The notes: generated by a model not told the origin, from the letters alone. 64,000 nucleotides of DNA from Chiloscyllium plagiosum (GCF_004010195.1 NC_057719.1:83140158-83204157), one strand, 5' to 3'; counted from the first letter of the stretch, positions 30,129 through 45,409 are shown. Numbers and translations: made by a program.

Positions 30129-30749
30129 ATAACAATTGTATTGAATAACATAAAAGTAAGAAATGCTATGCAGAAAAAAGTTTCACCTTCAAGTTGAAAT
30201 ATTGTGCAATACACTTCTACAAATAAAATATATTTTTGGGGAAAGATGACAGGTTTTGCTCAGGTCCAGAGGTGTGATATGCTGGAGGGAAGTTATTTTA
30301 CTGAAGCAAATCAAGCAACAAGGACTCCCGCCTCAGGCGACTGACTTGTGTGGAGTTTGTACATTCTCCACAATCCAAAAGATGTGCAGGTCAGATGAAG
30401 TGGGCATGGGAAATTACCCATACTGTAAGATGCATTCATCAAGGGTAAATATAGAGAAGGGGAATGGGTTTGGGTGGGTTACTCTTCGGAGGGTCGGTGT
30501 GGACTGGTTGGGCCGAAGGGCCTGTTTTCCATACTGTCGGGATTCTGATCAATGTGAAAAATCAAACTGAACTGGGCAAATGTGGTTGGTCCATGAAGTT
30601 GCGTTCTACTGCTTGAACTACGTGAATCTGCTTAAAACTAATACAAGGCACTTCATTTGCATGAAATAATATAGATTAAAGACTGGAGTAAAACCACCCA
30701 AGGGGCTCCATGGAGGTGGAATCAGATAAAGTTTGCTGCTGAGTCATTT

Positions 30750-31830
30750 TCTGGTTGGTAAGGTGTAATGAGTAGGGTGCCACTGGCCCTCAACTGTTCA
30801 CAATTTATTGAAACAACAAATGTAAGGTCGTTAAATTTGCTGACAACGCAAAGCAAGTAGTGAAGGGACATAAAGGGGCTAAATATGGAAGGTATAGGCT
30901 TCGTGAGTGGAATTATGGTGAATGGATTCTAATTTGGTAAAGTGTGGAATTATCCACATTGCTAGGAAGACTTAAAACTGAAGTGAGAGGTTGCAGAGCT
31001 CTGAGATGCAGAGAGATCTGGGTGTCCCGGTGCATGAAACATGGCAGGTTAGTATGCAGGAACAGCAGGTAGGCAGGAAAACTAATGGAACGTTGTTGCT
31101 CTTTGAGAAGGGAATGGATTTTAAAAGTAGGGAGTTAAACAGGGTAGTGGTGAGACCACATCACAAAATCGATGCACAGCTCCTGATATAAAGAAGAATG
31201 TAAATATATTAGAAGCACTTCAGAGAATGTTTATTGCACTAATTTGATTGAAGTAAGAATCTGATGTTCTTGACAGGGTGGTTGCCATAGAGACGTACAG
31301 CATGGAAACAGACCCCTCAGCTCAACTCATCCATGCCGACCAGATATCCTCAATTAATCTAGTCCCATTTGCCAGCACTGAGCCCATGTCCCTCCAAACC
31401 CTTCCTATTCATATACCCATCCAGATGCCTTTTAAATGCTGTAATTGTACCAGCCTCCACCACTTCGCATACATGCACCACCCTCTGGGTGAAAACGTTG
31501 CCCCTTCAGTCCCTTTTATACGAACGTGGAGAGGATGTGAGAGAATCTACAACTAGGAGTCACGTTTAGAAATAAGGGGTTGTCCATTCAAAACAGGGAT
31601 GTGGAGAAATTGTTTTGTTCCAGAGGGCTGCAAGTTTCTGGAACTCTGTTCCACAAAAGGCGATGAAAGCCTCGTCCTTGAATATGGTTAAGGCAGAGAT
31701 GGAGAGAGTCCAGATTCGAGGGTGAAAGGTTGCTGGGCTTGGACAGGAATGTGGAGTTATCAGTTCAGGCATGGTCTTAATGAAGCGTGGAGCAGAACAG
31801 AGATAGCTAGTGACCCGATTCCTATATTTG
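30750..31830. mobile_element. Cluster of decayed CR1 fragments (both strands)
   Basis: QRDLGVPVHE motif on the plus strand; minus-strand CR1 tail at 31285-31510. Confidence 0.7.
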
Positions 31831-32252
31831 TACCTGATGAAGGCACTAGGACTATAAGCTTGGCCGAAGAGGTAGGGTTAGGAAGCAGATTAATGGAGAT
31901 TTGAGCTAGAGAGGCAGAGACGTAGGGAAGGAAGTCTAGAGCCTAGGCCACAGCCCAAGAGATAAAGCAAAGGAAAGAGAGGATCGAATTAGAGGGGCGC
32001 AGAGGGGAGGATGTTCCAGAGGTAGGGATGAACCAAGTCAGGGAGGTATCTTAACAAAAGCCGAAGAAATGAAACAGTGAGATGGGAATCCAATGAGCAC
32101 ATGGGGTGGTGGGTGGAATGGGAGTCGGTGCAAGTTGGGGTAGAGTTTGTGATGAGCTGCAGTTTACAGAGGGTGGACAGCCTGAGGGGGTGTGGAGTAG
32201 TAAATGCTGGAGGGAAGACAGGCCCGGGTGAGGGTACCAGCAGCAGGGATTA

Positions 32253-32543
<291 letters not shown>

Positions 32544-32546
32544 TTA

Positions 32547-32807
<261 letters not shown>

Positions 32808-33259
32808 TTAGCAGTAGCTGAGGTGGGTGAGCAGTTGATCTGAGTGTGGATCTCATCGAAACCTATAGAGCTCTAATAGGATTGGAGGAAGGACTAGATA
32901 CAGGAAGGATGTTCCTGATGAGGATGGGAGTCCAGAAACCGTGGGTCATTGTTTAAGCATAAGGGCTAAGCCTTTTAGGACTCAGGTGAGGAGAAATTTC
33001 TTCACCCAGACACTGGTAAGCCAGTGGAATTCACTACCACAGAAAATGGTTGAGGCCAAAGCGTTGTGTTTTCAAGAAGGAGGTAGATTTAGCTTGTAGT
33101 GGATAAAGAGATCAAGGGATATGGAGTGTGGGGGGTAACGCTGGGATTAGGGTATTGAGCTCAATTGTCAGCCAAGGTCATACACAATAGTGGGACAGGT
33201 CTGAAGGCCTACTCCTGCTCCTATCTTCTATGTTTCCCCGCCTGCGGCCTGCAGGACTA

Positions 33260-33578
33260 ATTAGATTCGATTACTTAGTGTGGAAACAGGCCCTTCGGCC
33301 CAACAAGTCCACACTGACCCGCCGAAACGCAACCCACCCAGACCCATTCCCTTACATTTACCCTTGCCCCTGAACACTACGGGCAATTTAGCATGGTCAA
33401 TTCACCTAACCTGCACATTTTTGGACTATGGGGGGAAACCGGAGCACCCGGAGGAAACCCAAGCAGACATGGGGAGAATGTGCAAACTCCACACAGTCAG
33501 TCACTTGAGGCGGAAATTGAACCTGGGTCTCTGGCGCTGTGAGGCAGCAGTGCTAACCACTGTGCCACCGTGCCGCCC
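33260..33578 (-). mobile_element. HE1-type SINE (full length)
   Basis: Head GGGCGGCACGGTGGCACAGTGGTTAGC, V-domain, tail. Confidence 0.9.
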
Positions 33579-34039
33579 AAATGTACACCATCTTTCCTCC
33601 TCCTGAAATTGGCAGAGAGAGTTCTCGCTCATGACCATTTGCTGTATGAAAAAAAGTCTTCCTTCTGCTCCCCCTTTCCTCAATACTTGCCCAGGACTAT
33701 ATATACCTAATCCCCTATGTCTAGGTACCATGAGCTGGTGAGAATAGCCTTTCTTTCTTTAGCTGATCAAAGCCCATCATCGTCTTGTACAGCTCAATCA
33801 AATCTCACCTCGACCTCCTACACTTGAGCACTACCCCACCTCCCCTCACCAGGTTCTGTGAACTCACCTGAGCTAAAGTGCCTGCACTACCACCAGAACA
33901 TGCTAGTCAATCTTCCTGCAGCGTCTCAAGGAACCTCACCTCATTCCTAAAGTCTGGTGAGGGTGCAACGTACCCATTGTTGGCTCAGTCAGTCCAGTAT
34001 TGCTCCAGATGGACAAAGACATAAAAGGCCATTGGAGCT

Positions 34040-34263
34040 GAGAGAGAGAGGGAGAGAGAGAGAAAGGGGAGGGGAAGAGAGAGAGAGAGAGAAGGGGGGG
34101 AGAGAGAGAGAGAGGGGAGAGAGAGAGAGAGAGAAAGAGAAAGAGAGGGGAAAGAGGGAGGGAGAGAGAGGAAGGAGAGAGAGAGAGATAAAGAAAGAGA
34201 GAGAGGGGGATAGAGATAATGACAGAGAGAGAGAGATAGTGATAAAGACAGAGAGAGAGAGAG
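34040..34263. repeat. GA-rich polypurine microsatellite
   Basis: (GA)n with interruptions. Confidence 0.95.
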
Positions 34264-34858
34264 TGTTTCTGACCTGACTCTCATCCCCATGCTGTAGAAC
34301 TCCCCTCCATAAACCTGTCCACTTTGACCTACAACCTTCTTAAACATCAGTTGTAAGCAAGATTCAGGTCGTCTTTGAATATTTACCCACATCGTTCTGG
34401 GCGAAACTCTGACGGATCGCGAGGCTGTGAAGCATCTTGGGAATTTTTCTCACGGTATAGTGCTAAGTAAATCTAAGCAATGAACAATACAGCACAGGGA
34501 CAGGCCATTTGGCCCTCCAAGCCTGCGCCGACACATTTTGCCCTTCTTACTAGGACTGTCTTCACTTACAGGATCCGTATCCCTCTATTCCCTTCCTGTT
34601 CACGTATTTGTCTGGGTGCTCTTGAATGTTGCTATTGTATCTGTTCCCACCACCTCTCCGGCAGCGCGTTCCAGGCACACACCCCTCTGTGTGTGAAAAG
34701 CATGCCTCGCACATCTCTCTTAAACATCCCCCCGACCTTCCCCTCACGCCGTGGGTGGGGAAGTGGGCAGGGGAGGGCACCGATAGTTGCCGTGAGAGGA
34801 TCGGACCCTGATCTACTCAGGAAGCTGTGAAAAACGTGTCAAGGGACCAGGTGAACTA

Positions 34859-35326
<468 letters not shown>

Positions 35327-35819
35327 TCACATTCCATTGCTCCAACGGACTTGCCACATGTGGCTCCAAGAGCAGGCCAGAGGCTAGGAATACTGCAGTG
35401 AGTCACTCACCTCCAGCCTATCCACCGTCTACAAAGCACAAGTCAGGAGTGTGATGCAATATTCCCCACTCGCCTGTCAGCTCCAACACTGAGAGTCACA
35501 GAGATGTTCAACATGGAAACAGACCCTTCGGTCCAACCCGTCCATGCCGACCAGAGATCCCAACCCAATCTAGTCCCACCTGCCAGCACCCGGCCCATAT
35601 CCCTCCAAACCCTTCCTATTCATATACCCATCCAAATGCCTCTTGAATGTTGCAATTGTACCAGCCTCCACCACTTCCTCTGGCAACTCACTAGGACAAA
35701 GCAGCCCGCTTGATTGGCACCACATCCACAAGCATCCACTCCCTCCATCACCGACGCTCAGTAGCAGCAGTGTGTACCATCTACAAGATGCACTGCAAAA
35801 ATCCACATCAACCAGATGC

Positions 35820-37050
35820 TGCAGGAGGTTGGAATCGCAACATGCGACAAATCTGGACAACAAAATTCTATGTCCAGGGTCACTGCCAAAGTCTGGAGTT
35901 GGGTGTTCCACCCTGAACAATCCCCACAGTGTATCCAGCAGCAAGATGTCCTGCTGTCACTCAGGGCATGTAAGTGCCCAAGTGTGGGATCTCTGCCTCA
36001 ACACCTTGGACCAGGAGAAGGCCTTTGACAGATGACTACACACCGACACATTGGACAGGCTCTCCAGCGTGGGTGTTGGGGAGGGAATCTGCAAATGGAT
36101 CCAGCTGCTCTGCGGAAAGGCCAATACCACAGGTGCGATGGACGGGTGGGAACTGGGAAGCTTCCTGATCAAACCTGGAGTCAGGCTAGGCTGCCATCGC
36201 CCGCTTGTCCTATTCAGCTGTTGGTATCCTCGAGACTCCCAGGAAGGATGGGAGGTAGGGTGTGGTGACGATGCCATATAGTGGGGGCACTTAGCCCAAA
36301 CTCTCTGTGTCCATGGACAAAGTCATAGTTCTCCAACTGGATTGCTGACTGGTATCTGCTGTCAGTTCAAACTGGCCTCGGTGTGGGGGGGAGTTTAGTG
36401 GGTAGGGGTGGGGTTGGGGGAAGGGGGGAGGGGATGTTGGTGATGCTGATGATTTGAGGTAATAATGAGGCCATCATCTTCTGGAAGCGCACCAACTGAT
36501 CCTTTGTCCCCCTCACCATCAGGTCAGGTCACCTGAAGGTGCCAGTGGATGTGTTTCGGAGGGATTGGGCACGTGCGTCTAAAAAAAACGTTTGAGCAAA
36601 TGGAGGAGAACAAGAATTGGGAATGCAGGAATGATGTTCCCTCTGCTTTGTGAGTAGAAATCCTGATTATCTGTGTCACAGCACCTGGTGCAGGTTCGGT
36701 CCAATCCCCAGAGCTGTGGTGATCATCCCAACCATCTTCCGTTTTATCCGGAGCTTGGAAATGTCCGTCTGTCCGGGGGCTTGGTGCCCAAATGCCCACC
36801 CAAAGGCGGGGGGATAGACAACCCCAGGCTCGCCCTCACCTGGACGTGTGCGGCTACATGACGCTGTGTGTGTAGATTCTCAGGACGCTTAACATAGAGC
36901 AGTACAGCACAGTACAGGCCCTTCGGCCCCTCAGCACTGACAGTCAACAGTGCACTGAGGTCCTCCCAGTCTCTGGGATTGTCAAGGATGGATCCAGCCA
37001 TGTTGTTGTGGGATGCTCTGCATAGGCACACTGTCTCCTATCACCTTATA
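35820..37050 (+). mobile_element. Highly decayed Tx1/L1-type LINE RT remnant
   Basis: LDQEKAFDR and SFLIKPGVRLGC RT-like motifs. Confidence 0.55.
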
Positions 37051-37729
37051 GTGTGGTTGATGCAGACGAAGACCTTTCACCGCAGCCCATCAAGGCAACG
37101 CTCTGCATGGGACGTCCTCAACGCTCTCCAGGGTGTTCAATCCTGTCGCAAAACCACTACCCTCCCAACCCCGGCAAATTGTTAAAGTTCTTCGGCAGAA
37201 CGTTTCATTGGTGGAATCTTCAAACAGGTTGGTGGTGAGGAGGCCCCACTCCCACCCTCCATTTAACCCGATCCTTTGGACATGCCCAGTGCCTCACCCA
37301 CTTTGCGGACTGTCATCAGGCCTGCTGTGGTGGGGAAGTGATCCTCATCCACCTCCTTGTTGAATTCGCCTCTGCAAAGAAGGCCTGGAAGAGGCACGGT
37401 GGTCCCTCGTTCAAAGTGCTTGATCAAAGCGACTGGACACCCCCTCTCCATTGTTCCCATCCACTCGGCCTCCCTTCCTGCTCAGGGGGCCGGACACCCT
37501 GAAAGATCCTCAGGGCGACCCTTTCAAAGGGGAGCTTTTCAGGATCGTGTCAGGCAACCGACCTTCTGGGTAAAGCCAATCATCACACTGCCACCTGTGT
37601 GGGATCTTGCTGTGCACAGTTTGGGCGCCGTGTTTCCGACTTTGTGCGTCGCTTTATGGAGTCGTGACAGGTGCTATATAACTGCAACTTATCATTGCTC
37701 CCCCTAACTCACCAAGGGTTTGGATAAGT

Positions 37730-38055
37730 TTGAGTTGGTTTGTTTTATTATTGCCCCCATGTACCTAAGTTCAGTGAAAAGTTTTGTTTTGCGTGCAGTA
37801 CCATAATAGATCATAACAAGACATGCAGATCATGGGTCCCTTAGACAGAGAGAGGCATTCAGGGTTACAGTTGCGCAGGAAGTGCACAAAGCCAGATCAA
37901 CATTAGACTTGAAGTTAGACAGCATTCAGGGAAAAAGCTGTTCTTGAATCTGTTGGTACGCGTGTTTAAGCGTCTGTATCTTCTGCCTGATGGAAGAGGT
38001 TGGAAGAGAGCATAAACGGGGTTGGAAGGGTCTTTGATCATGTTGGCTGCCTTTG
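37730..38055 (-). mobile_element. Rex1/Babar-like LINE 3' end
   Basis: IKDPSNPVYALFQPLPSGRRYRRLNTRTNRFKNSFFP; related copy at 40680-41060. Confidence 0.7.
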
Positions 38056-38079
38056 CATTTTGATAATACAAACAAGGAC

Positions 38080-38822
38080 AAAATTTACACTTGGGCCTTG
38101 GGGAGTGTTGTAGAAAACAGAGACCCAGAGGTTTTGGTACATAATTCTTTAAAAGTTTGTATTACACATAGACAGGGTGGTTAAGAAGGCTTTTTCCACA
38201 CTTGCCTTCATTGCTCAGTCTTTTGGGTATAGAAGTTGGGACATCGTGTTGAGATTGTACAGGACATTGGTGAGGCCTTTTCAAGAGTACTGTGTCCAGT
38301 TCTGGTCACCCTGTTATAGGAAGGATATTATTAAACTGGAGAGGGTTCGGCAAAGATTTACCAGGACGTTGTTTGTTACTGGAGGGTTTGAGGTACAAAA
38401 ATACGACTGGAAAGACATTTTTTTCACTGGAACATAGGAGGTTGAGTGGTGACCTTATTGAGTTTCATAAACTCACGAGGGGCACAGATAAGGTAAATAG
38501 CGAAAGGTATTTTCCTGAGAGTGGGGGAGTTCAAAACTAGGGGGCATATTTTTATGGAGTGAGAAGAAAGATTTAAAAAAGACATGAGGGGCAACGTTTT
38601 TACACTGAGGGTGGTTTGTGAGTGGAATGACCTTTCAGAGGGAGTGGCAGAGGTGGACACAATCACAATATTTAAAGGAAATTTGGATAAGTGCACAAAT
38701 AGGAAAAGTTTGGAGGGACATGGGCCAAGCGCGGGCAGGTGGGACTACTTTAGCTTGGTAACATGGTTGGCATGGACTGGACGGACCGAAGGATCTGTTT
38801 CCATGCTATATGACTCTATGAC
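38080..38822 (+). mobile_element. CR1 LINE 3' fragment
   Basis: VVKKAF...LVRPFQEYCVQFWSP, tail TATGACTCTATGAC. Confidence 0.88.
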
Positions 38823-38863
38823 TAATGCCAGCCTCTGGGTTTCCCATCCTGACAAATGCCTAC

Positions 38864-39014
38864 CTCTTTTCACGGCTCGGGGGCTCCCGGGTCCACTGTT
38901 CTTCCTCGTTTCCGATCCCACGGCGGACGTCCGAAAGCTGGCTTGGGAGCTGCTGTCATCGTCGGATCCCGACGACTCGTCCGGAAAGGGAACGTTGCTG
39001 ATCTGGGTGGCTTT
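38864..39014 (-). CDS. PLEKHH1: PLEKHH1 coding exon
   Basis: 151 nt, CAG/GTAGGC; KATQISNVPFPDESSGSDDDSSSQASFRTSAVGSETRKNSGPGSPRAVKR, phase 0/1. Confidence 0.93.
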
Positions 39015-41253
39015 CTGCGTCAGGAAGGAAAGAAATCAGCCGTTCGCTTGGGACAAACCACAGCAAGCCCTCGCTGAGCTCCTAGACAGAGGCCCAGGCC
39101 TCTGAGCTGACACTGAGAGAGAAATATCCAGGCTGTGCCTCAGAGGGGCCTGCAGGACTGAAGCATTAAAGATCGATCTCTCGAGGGTGAGGCCTGAGCA
39201 ACACCCAGGGCAAAATTAAGAAAGAAATTCATGTCGTTTTCACCTCCTTTGGGAATTTTTCGTTTGAAACCTGCTGGAGATGGGGACAGCCTGCTGTTAG
39301 ACTGAGTCCAGCATTGTTCAGTTTGAGGGCCAGAGAGTGAGTGGAAAAGCCAGGCATTCTGGGGGATGGACTTTTCTGGTGGAAGTGTGGGACGGGACAC
39401 TTTCTTCCCCGCTTCCTGCCTGGTGCTGGCTGGATTGAGAGGCTGCTGAGTAAGGAGGCCTGCACGCAAAGCTGCAGCTAGGGACTCGGGTGTCAGCTTG
39501 GCAGTGGTGCAACAGTCACATCCTATTGTGGGTCAGGCTGTCCTTTCCTTTTTAGGAATTTGAACCCTCCCCACCAACTGCCCTTTCCTGTGATGATGAT
39601 ACCTTCCCCACACTCTGTGCCATGTACGGATACTTCACTGAGTCTTTTGCAAGGTGACTTTAAGGCAACAAATGCTGCCTTCCCAGTAAGACAGAGCTGT
39701 TACCCACAACACATGGGAACAATGTCTTTTTTTTTTAAAATGGCTGAAGTGTTTTATTTCACAGTTGTGGTGGGGGGGTGGGGGGTCAGGTAAGAGTGGG
39801 CATCAATGTGAGGTGTTGTTGCCCCATCCCTAGATGCCATTTCAGAGGGCAGGTGGGAGTTAACCACCTCACTGTGGGATTGGAGTCACTTTTAAAAACA
39901 AACTTTTCCTAATTTGTTCACAGATGAGGCCAGCATTGATTGCCCATCCCTAATCACCCACAGTTGCAGTTAAGAGTCTGAGTAATTTAGCAAGGCCAAT
40001 TCACCTAACCTGTACATCTTTGGAATGTGGGATTAAACCTGGAGGAAGCCCATGGAGACATATGGAGAACACGCAAACTCCACAGTGCTAACCACTGAGA
40101 CACAAGAGTGTAGCCTCCTGTTCATGTGGAAAGGCCTCGCGATCAGTTTGTGTGTCAGATTGCACGTGAAGAGGATTCCTTTCAGGTTATTAATAAACTA
40201 CACAAGCAGGACATTTGAGCATTGACATGCTGGGCGCTGTTGGTAGCCATTACGCTGAAGTGAATCCCTGAGGTGACAGGCAGTGCTCTCTCTCCTGATC
40301 GCTAATCAATAAATCCTTCCGAGGAAGAGTGTGTGAGAGGTGGAAGGAAATGGGGTCACTCAGCCTTCACTGCCTCCACCACAATGCACAGGGACAGCAG
40401 TGTGCAGCTATACACTGGGTTCACTGCGGTCGCTCAACACAAGTCCATCAACAGCTCCTTCCAAACCTGCACATCTAGATGGACAAGGGCAGAAGGTGCA
40501 TGGGAACAATATCAGCTGCGTGCCACCCCCCTCCACCTCCAAATCAACCACCATCCTGACCTGGAAATGTATAGCCATTCCTTCAGTGTCGCTGAGTCAA
40601 AATCCTGAACTCTCTCCCTAACAGCGTTGTGGGTGTCCCTTTGGTCAGCAGCAGTTCAAGAGATTTTTTTTGATTTTGATTAGATTCATTACTGTCACAT
40701 GTACCTAGGAGCAGTGAAAAGTTTTGTTTTGTGCACAGTACAGGCAGATGATACCAAACAGAGTGATAGAACAGAGCGAGGAGTACAATGTCCCGGCTGC
40801 AACTAAGGTGCAGAAAGAGGGGGACCAACATTAAATTCAAGATTTGAGAGGCCCACTCAGAAACCTCATAACAGGGGGGGAGACGCTGTTCTCGAATCTG
40901 TTGTTTAAGCTTCTGGACAGAAGAGGTTGGAAGAGCTGATGACCGGGGTGGGAGGGCCTTCGACGATGTCAGCTGCCTTCCCCAGGCAGCAGGAAGTATA
41001 GATGGAGCCAATGGATGGAAGCTTGGCTTGTGTGATGGACTGGGCTGAGTTCACGACTCTCTGATCCTCATCATAACATCCTGAGCAGCCAAGTCAAAAT
41101 AAATGCCTCGCAATGGCCTCACCACATTCGAGACATTCCTCTCAAGTTGAACAGCTTTCCCCGTGACAAGCTTACAAATGGAAAGTATTAACCTAGTTCC
41201 TTGTGGGTTGCGTCCGGTCAGCGAACCTCTCGCAAGCCAGTTCATTGCCTTAC

Positions 41254-41345
41254 CCCTTTCAGAGTGGTGTAGACAGGAACCGTCATGTTCTTGTAGATGA
41301 GATGAGCGAAAGGCCCGGAGGTTAGACTCCCAGGAAGGTTTGACA
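41254..41345 (-). CDS. PLEKHH1: PLEKHH1 coding exon
   Basis: 92 nt, CAG/GTAAGG; SNLPGSLTSGPFAHLIYKNMTVPVYTTLKG, phase 1/0. Confidence 0.92.
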
Positions 41346-41935
41346 CTGGAGGGGAGGACAGAAAATTACACAAGGTAAATAGTGTGAAAGTTAGAGCTTG
41401 GTTCACACAGGGAGCTCTCCTTTGACTTCTGGCCAACCCCCCCTCACCTCACCTGCTTCCCTAAGGCCCGTGGAAATAACTTGACTGAGCTGGGCCTTCT
41501 CATATCCATCGCCCGTGGAGCCTGTTGAGAGGGAACAAATGACGCAGCTCCCAAACAGTTCTGGCCTAAAATTGGAGTTGGGTTCTGATTTTGCATCACT
41601 CACAGGGCCGTGATTGCTGTGTTAAAAAGGAGCCTGTTGCTTTGAGCAACTGGGCGTTTTTAACACCCGACAGGAGGTTGAAATATCGCCAGCCTCCCCG
41701 CTCGTGTCAACATGGCTGCCATCCCACCTGACACCAGTTAATGTTGAACAACAAACACTCAGTTGTTGGAGTTTGTATCAGCATGGCGTGAGAAGCCTTG
41801 AGGAGGAGACTGGAGTGGCAGTCAGCTCTCATTTTGGCTCAGTCGGGTGGACAGGCTGCGAGACTCCATTTTTAGTTACGGAGAATCAGGGGAGGCTGAG
41901 ACGCACTCAACGGTGCTGGTGGAACTGGTCAAATA

Positions 41936-42064
41936 CAGAGGAGCCTCGATTATCCGAGCAAGATTGCAGGGTCCCGATGCTCGGCTAAACTGTGCTATCC
42001 AGCATTCGATTACCTGAACAAAATACTCCTCGCCTCTATCGTTCGGATAATCGAGGGTCCTCTG
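41936..42064. mobile_element. MITE (Tc1/mariner-pogo type)
   Basis: 24-bp TIRs CAGAGGAGCCTCGATTATCCGAGC and CAGAGGACCCTCGATTATCCGAAC; TA on both flanks. Confidence 0.85.
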
Positions 42065-43445
42065 TAGACCCTTTCGGACAATAAGCTGGCATTCTTGGCG
42101 GTGCCAAGAGGGGAGTGGGGGGGCCGAGGCCTCCCAGGAGAGGGTGCTGCAGGCACCCCCCCCCCCAACCTCAAAGTGATAAAGTAAAACGCGGCCTTGT
42201 GTTCGGATCTCCACACCTTGCTCAGTACGTTTTGGGGGGGGTGGGGATGGGGGGAATGAGCAGCTCTCTCTTCACCCTTGCTTGATGAAGCAGCTCTTCC
42301 CACCAACCCCGAGCCCAGGACAAACCCCCAAGTCACTGGCTACAGTTTGCCACCCGGCCCGGCCTAGCCTGTGTGCTGAAGGGAGACCCTCCATCTCTGG
42401 AGGAGGGCAGCCAGAGCGCGCGACAGAGCCACAGGACTTCGCAATTCCAGCTGGAAGAGGCTGAAAGCCAAGTCCGTTGAAAACCAATCAAAGTGGAGAA
42501 TTCATCATCGCCCCCACCCCCCCACCTGTTGCCTCTTTTGATTTCTTTCAACCCTCCTCAGATCCGGCCACCCTGCCTTCTGTTTATTTAAGGCTTTGAA
42601 GCCAGTGCTGGTGAGGATTTACCGGTAAACACAGCCTTTAATTACAGGGGGCGGGGAGACCCTCCTTTGATCTGCGCCGCATGGGGGACTGAGTTGGAAA
42701 CTGCTGCTCCCTGTAACGTGAGCTGGAGCACACCCGAGACGGAGGGTTCTCTCCCCCGGGCGGACAGCTGTGCAGGAGCCAGGCAGAACACTGACCAACA
42801 GCTAAAGGAATAAAGGAAGAGGGCACCTCGCTGTACAAGCCCTGGGCCGGCTTCCACACTTCACCGGGCAACTCCTCACTGGTGTCTCCAGCTTCCCAGA
42901 GGTTTCGTCAGGGCCCGGAGCGGGGGGGGTTGGGGGGGACTGGCCCCAAAGAACTGGAGGAACACATCACCACAGGTGCTGGAATCTTTACCCAAAGCAA
43001 CAGATGCTGCAGATCACAGCGGGTCAGTCAGCCTCCGTGGAGAGGGAGCAGGCTAACCTTTCAAGTCTAGGTGTCTCTTCATCATAGCTGAAGTGAAGTG
43101 TGGAGGTGGGTGGGGGGGAGGGGGGAAGCATTGATGCTAGAGGTTGGGAGGGGGAGTTGGGTGAGGGTAGAACTGCACTCTGTTTCCCTGGGAAGTTCAG
43201 GTGAGGAGGAGGAGGAGGCCCTTGGATAGGAGAGGGGGAATGTGATTTCTATCCATGCCCCATGACTCCTCACATCCCCCTGACCACCACCACCTCCTCC
43301 TCCAGTCAGGAGCAAAAACGGTTGAAGACAACAAAATCTTTTTCTCCCCTGAGTGAGGACACCCAGTTTGACATCGAATTTTCATGTCGGATTAAAGGTT
43401 TAAAGGGAGAGAGGGTGGGATAATGGAGCTGAGGCCGAGATGAGA

Positions 43446-43700
43446 GTGGCCTCAGAGGTTAGCACTGCTGCCTCACGGCGCTAGGGTCCCAGGTTCGATT
43501 CCAGCCTTGGGCGACTGTCTGTGCGGAGTTTGCACGTTCTCCCTGTGTCTGCGTGGGTTTCCTCTGGGTGCTCCGGTTTCCTCCCACAGTCACAAAGATG
43601 TGCAGGTTAGATGGATTGGCCACGCTGAAATGGTTGGTCTTCGGAGGGTCGGGGTTGACTCAATGGGCCAAATGGCCTCTTTCCACACAGTAAGGATTGT
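43446..43700 (+). mobile_element. HE1-type SINE
   Basis: B box GGTTCGATTCC, V-domain. Confidence 0.85.
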
Positions 43701-44577
43701 GTGAGATCAGCCATGACCACATCAAACAGTGAAGCAGGTTTGACAAGGCTTACTCCTGCTCCAAGTTCTTATGTCCTTAATGCCTTGGAGATTGATCATG
43801 CCTACATAACCTCAGGAGGGGCTCACCCACAATGTACCGATAGGAACAGTCTGCCCACATCGACATATGCAAAGATAGGGAACATAAACCATTTAGTTAG
43901 TCATTACCACACCAAGTGGCACAAAATTCACCTGCATACACATCACCACCAGCCCCCACCGTGTTACACACGACCCTACAGTGTAATGTCTTGGGGTCCA
44001 AGCCCTGCTCTTGCCCCTGGGAAGCTGACACTCATGGTACAGCCCTGAGGGAGTGCTGCACTGTCAGAGATGCCACCTCTCAGGCGAGAGGTCCATGATC
44101 ATTTCCCCCCCCCCCCGTCGGATAACATATAAGATCCTGCGGGGAACGCGATGGTACTTCCCCAATCTCCGGGGCCAGTATTTATCCTCACAACCCGCTG
44201 GTGAGACAGACAAGCGGCTTGCTGGCCCAGTCTGTGGGATTTTGCTATGCGCCGCCACCGCCTTCCAGTGAGAGCGCGACTACAAGACATGAACTGACTG
44301 CAATGTCGCGAGATTGGAAAAGTGGGTTGGGGGAGGAGGGGGATCTTAGTTTCTCAGAACGCGGCCCATCGATTGGTCTTGGCCAATCCCCCCCACCCCT
44401 CTACCCCCCCCACGCCCGATGTCGAGGAGCCCAGGAATGGGCTTCACCGGGGGAAACGGAGCTGACTCCTGGTTTAATGATAAAGGGCCCTCGTTCCCAC
44501 CACGGGGGAGACCACTCCGTCTCAGGAACAACCAATCGAGCTCACCACAAGGAGTCCCCTCGACCAACCTCACTTAC

Positions 44578-44656
44578 ATCTTTTCGTGGAGCTGTTAGCC
44601 AATGTCACCTCGGACATCCTCATGCCAGACTTGGCAAGGGCGTAAATTCGACCTTC
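44578..44656 (-). CDS. PLEKHH1: PLEKHH1 coding exon
   Basis: 79 nt, CAG/GTAAGT; EGRIYALAKSGMRMSEVTLANSSTKR, phase 0/1. Confidence 0.92.
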
Positions 44657-45029
44657 CTGTAAACACAAGCAATGGTGGGGGGGGCAGGGTATAAACAGTT
44701 GGCAATCAGTTCCCATCTCCAAAGCTTAAATGACTTTTCCCCCACCCCCCCATCATGAGTATGGCGCAGAGAAGAGTTAACTACCAAAGTTGCACCAGCG
44801 ATCAGAATCAACATCGTAAGTGATAGCGCAGTGGACAGCACGTTCATCCTCGAGTTGATGTCCTGGGCTCGAGCGCAAAGTCTAGGTCTAACCTTGTCAC
44901 GGTGCAGTATTGAGCACTGTCGGATTGCAACACTATTAAACGGAGGGTGTGTCAGGGTGCTGCTCAAAGGTCTGACTGTCTGACCAAACCAGGGCAAACA
45001 CCACTCCAACATAGTCGCCAGTAAGCTCT

Positions 45030-45235
45030 CAGAGAGAGAGAGAGAGAGTGATAGAGAGAGCGAGAGAGCGCGAGGAAGCAAATGAGAGAGAGCGAGAGAG
45101 AGCGAGAGAGTGTGTGAGAGAGAGTGTGAGAGAGAATGCATGCAAGAGAGCGAGAGAGAGAGAGCGCACACGCGAGAAAAAGAGAGCGAGAGTGTGAGAG
45201 ACAGAGACAGACAGAGACACACATAGAGACAGAGG
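45030..45235. repeat. GA-rich microsatellite
   Basis: (GA)n with GC/GT interruptions. Confidence 0.93.
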
Positions 45236-45286
45236 GGAAACAGAAGGGAATCAAGGGAGAAAGGCAGGAAAGTGGACGTGAGGATT

Positions 45287-45409
45287 TGATGAAGGACTTT
45301 TGCCTGAAACATCGATTTTCCTGCTCCTCGGATGCTGCCTGACCTGCTGTGCTTTTCCAGCACCACTCTGATCTAAACTTCCAGCATCTGCAGTCCTCAC
45401 TTTTGCCCT
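45287..45409 (+). mobile_element. Short Penelope-like insert starting inside the hammerhead core
   Basis: Begins TGATGAAGGACTTTTGCCTGAAACATCG; 9-bp TSD GTGAGGATT at 45278-45286 and 45410-45418. Confidence 0.8.

Noticed and set aside
44620..45366. 248-aa minus-strand ORF
   Set aside because: Runs through a Penelope-like insert and a (CT)n microsatellite, and is out of frame with the real exon
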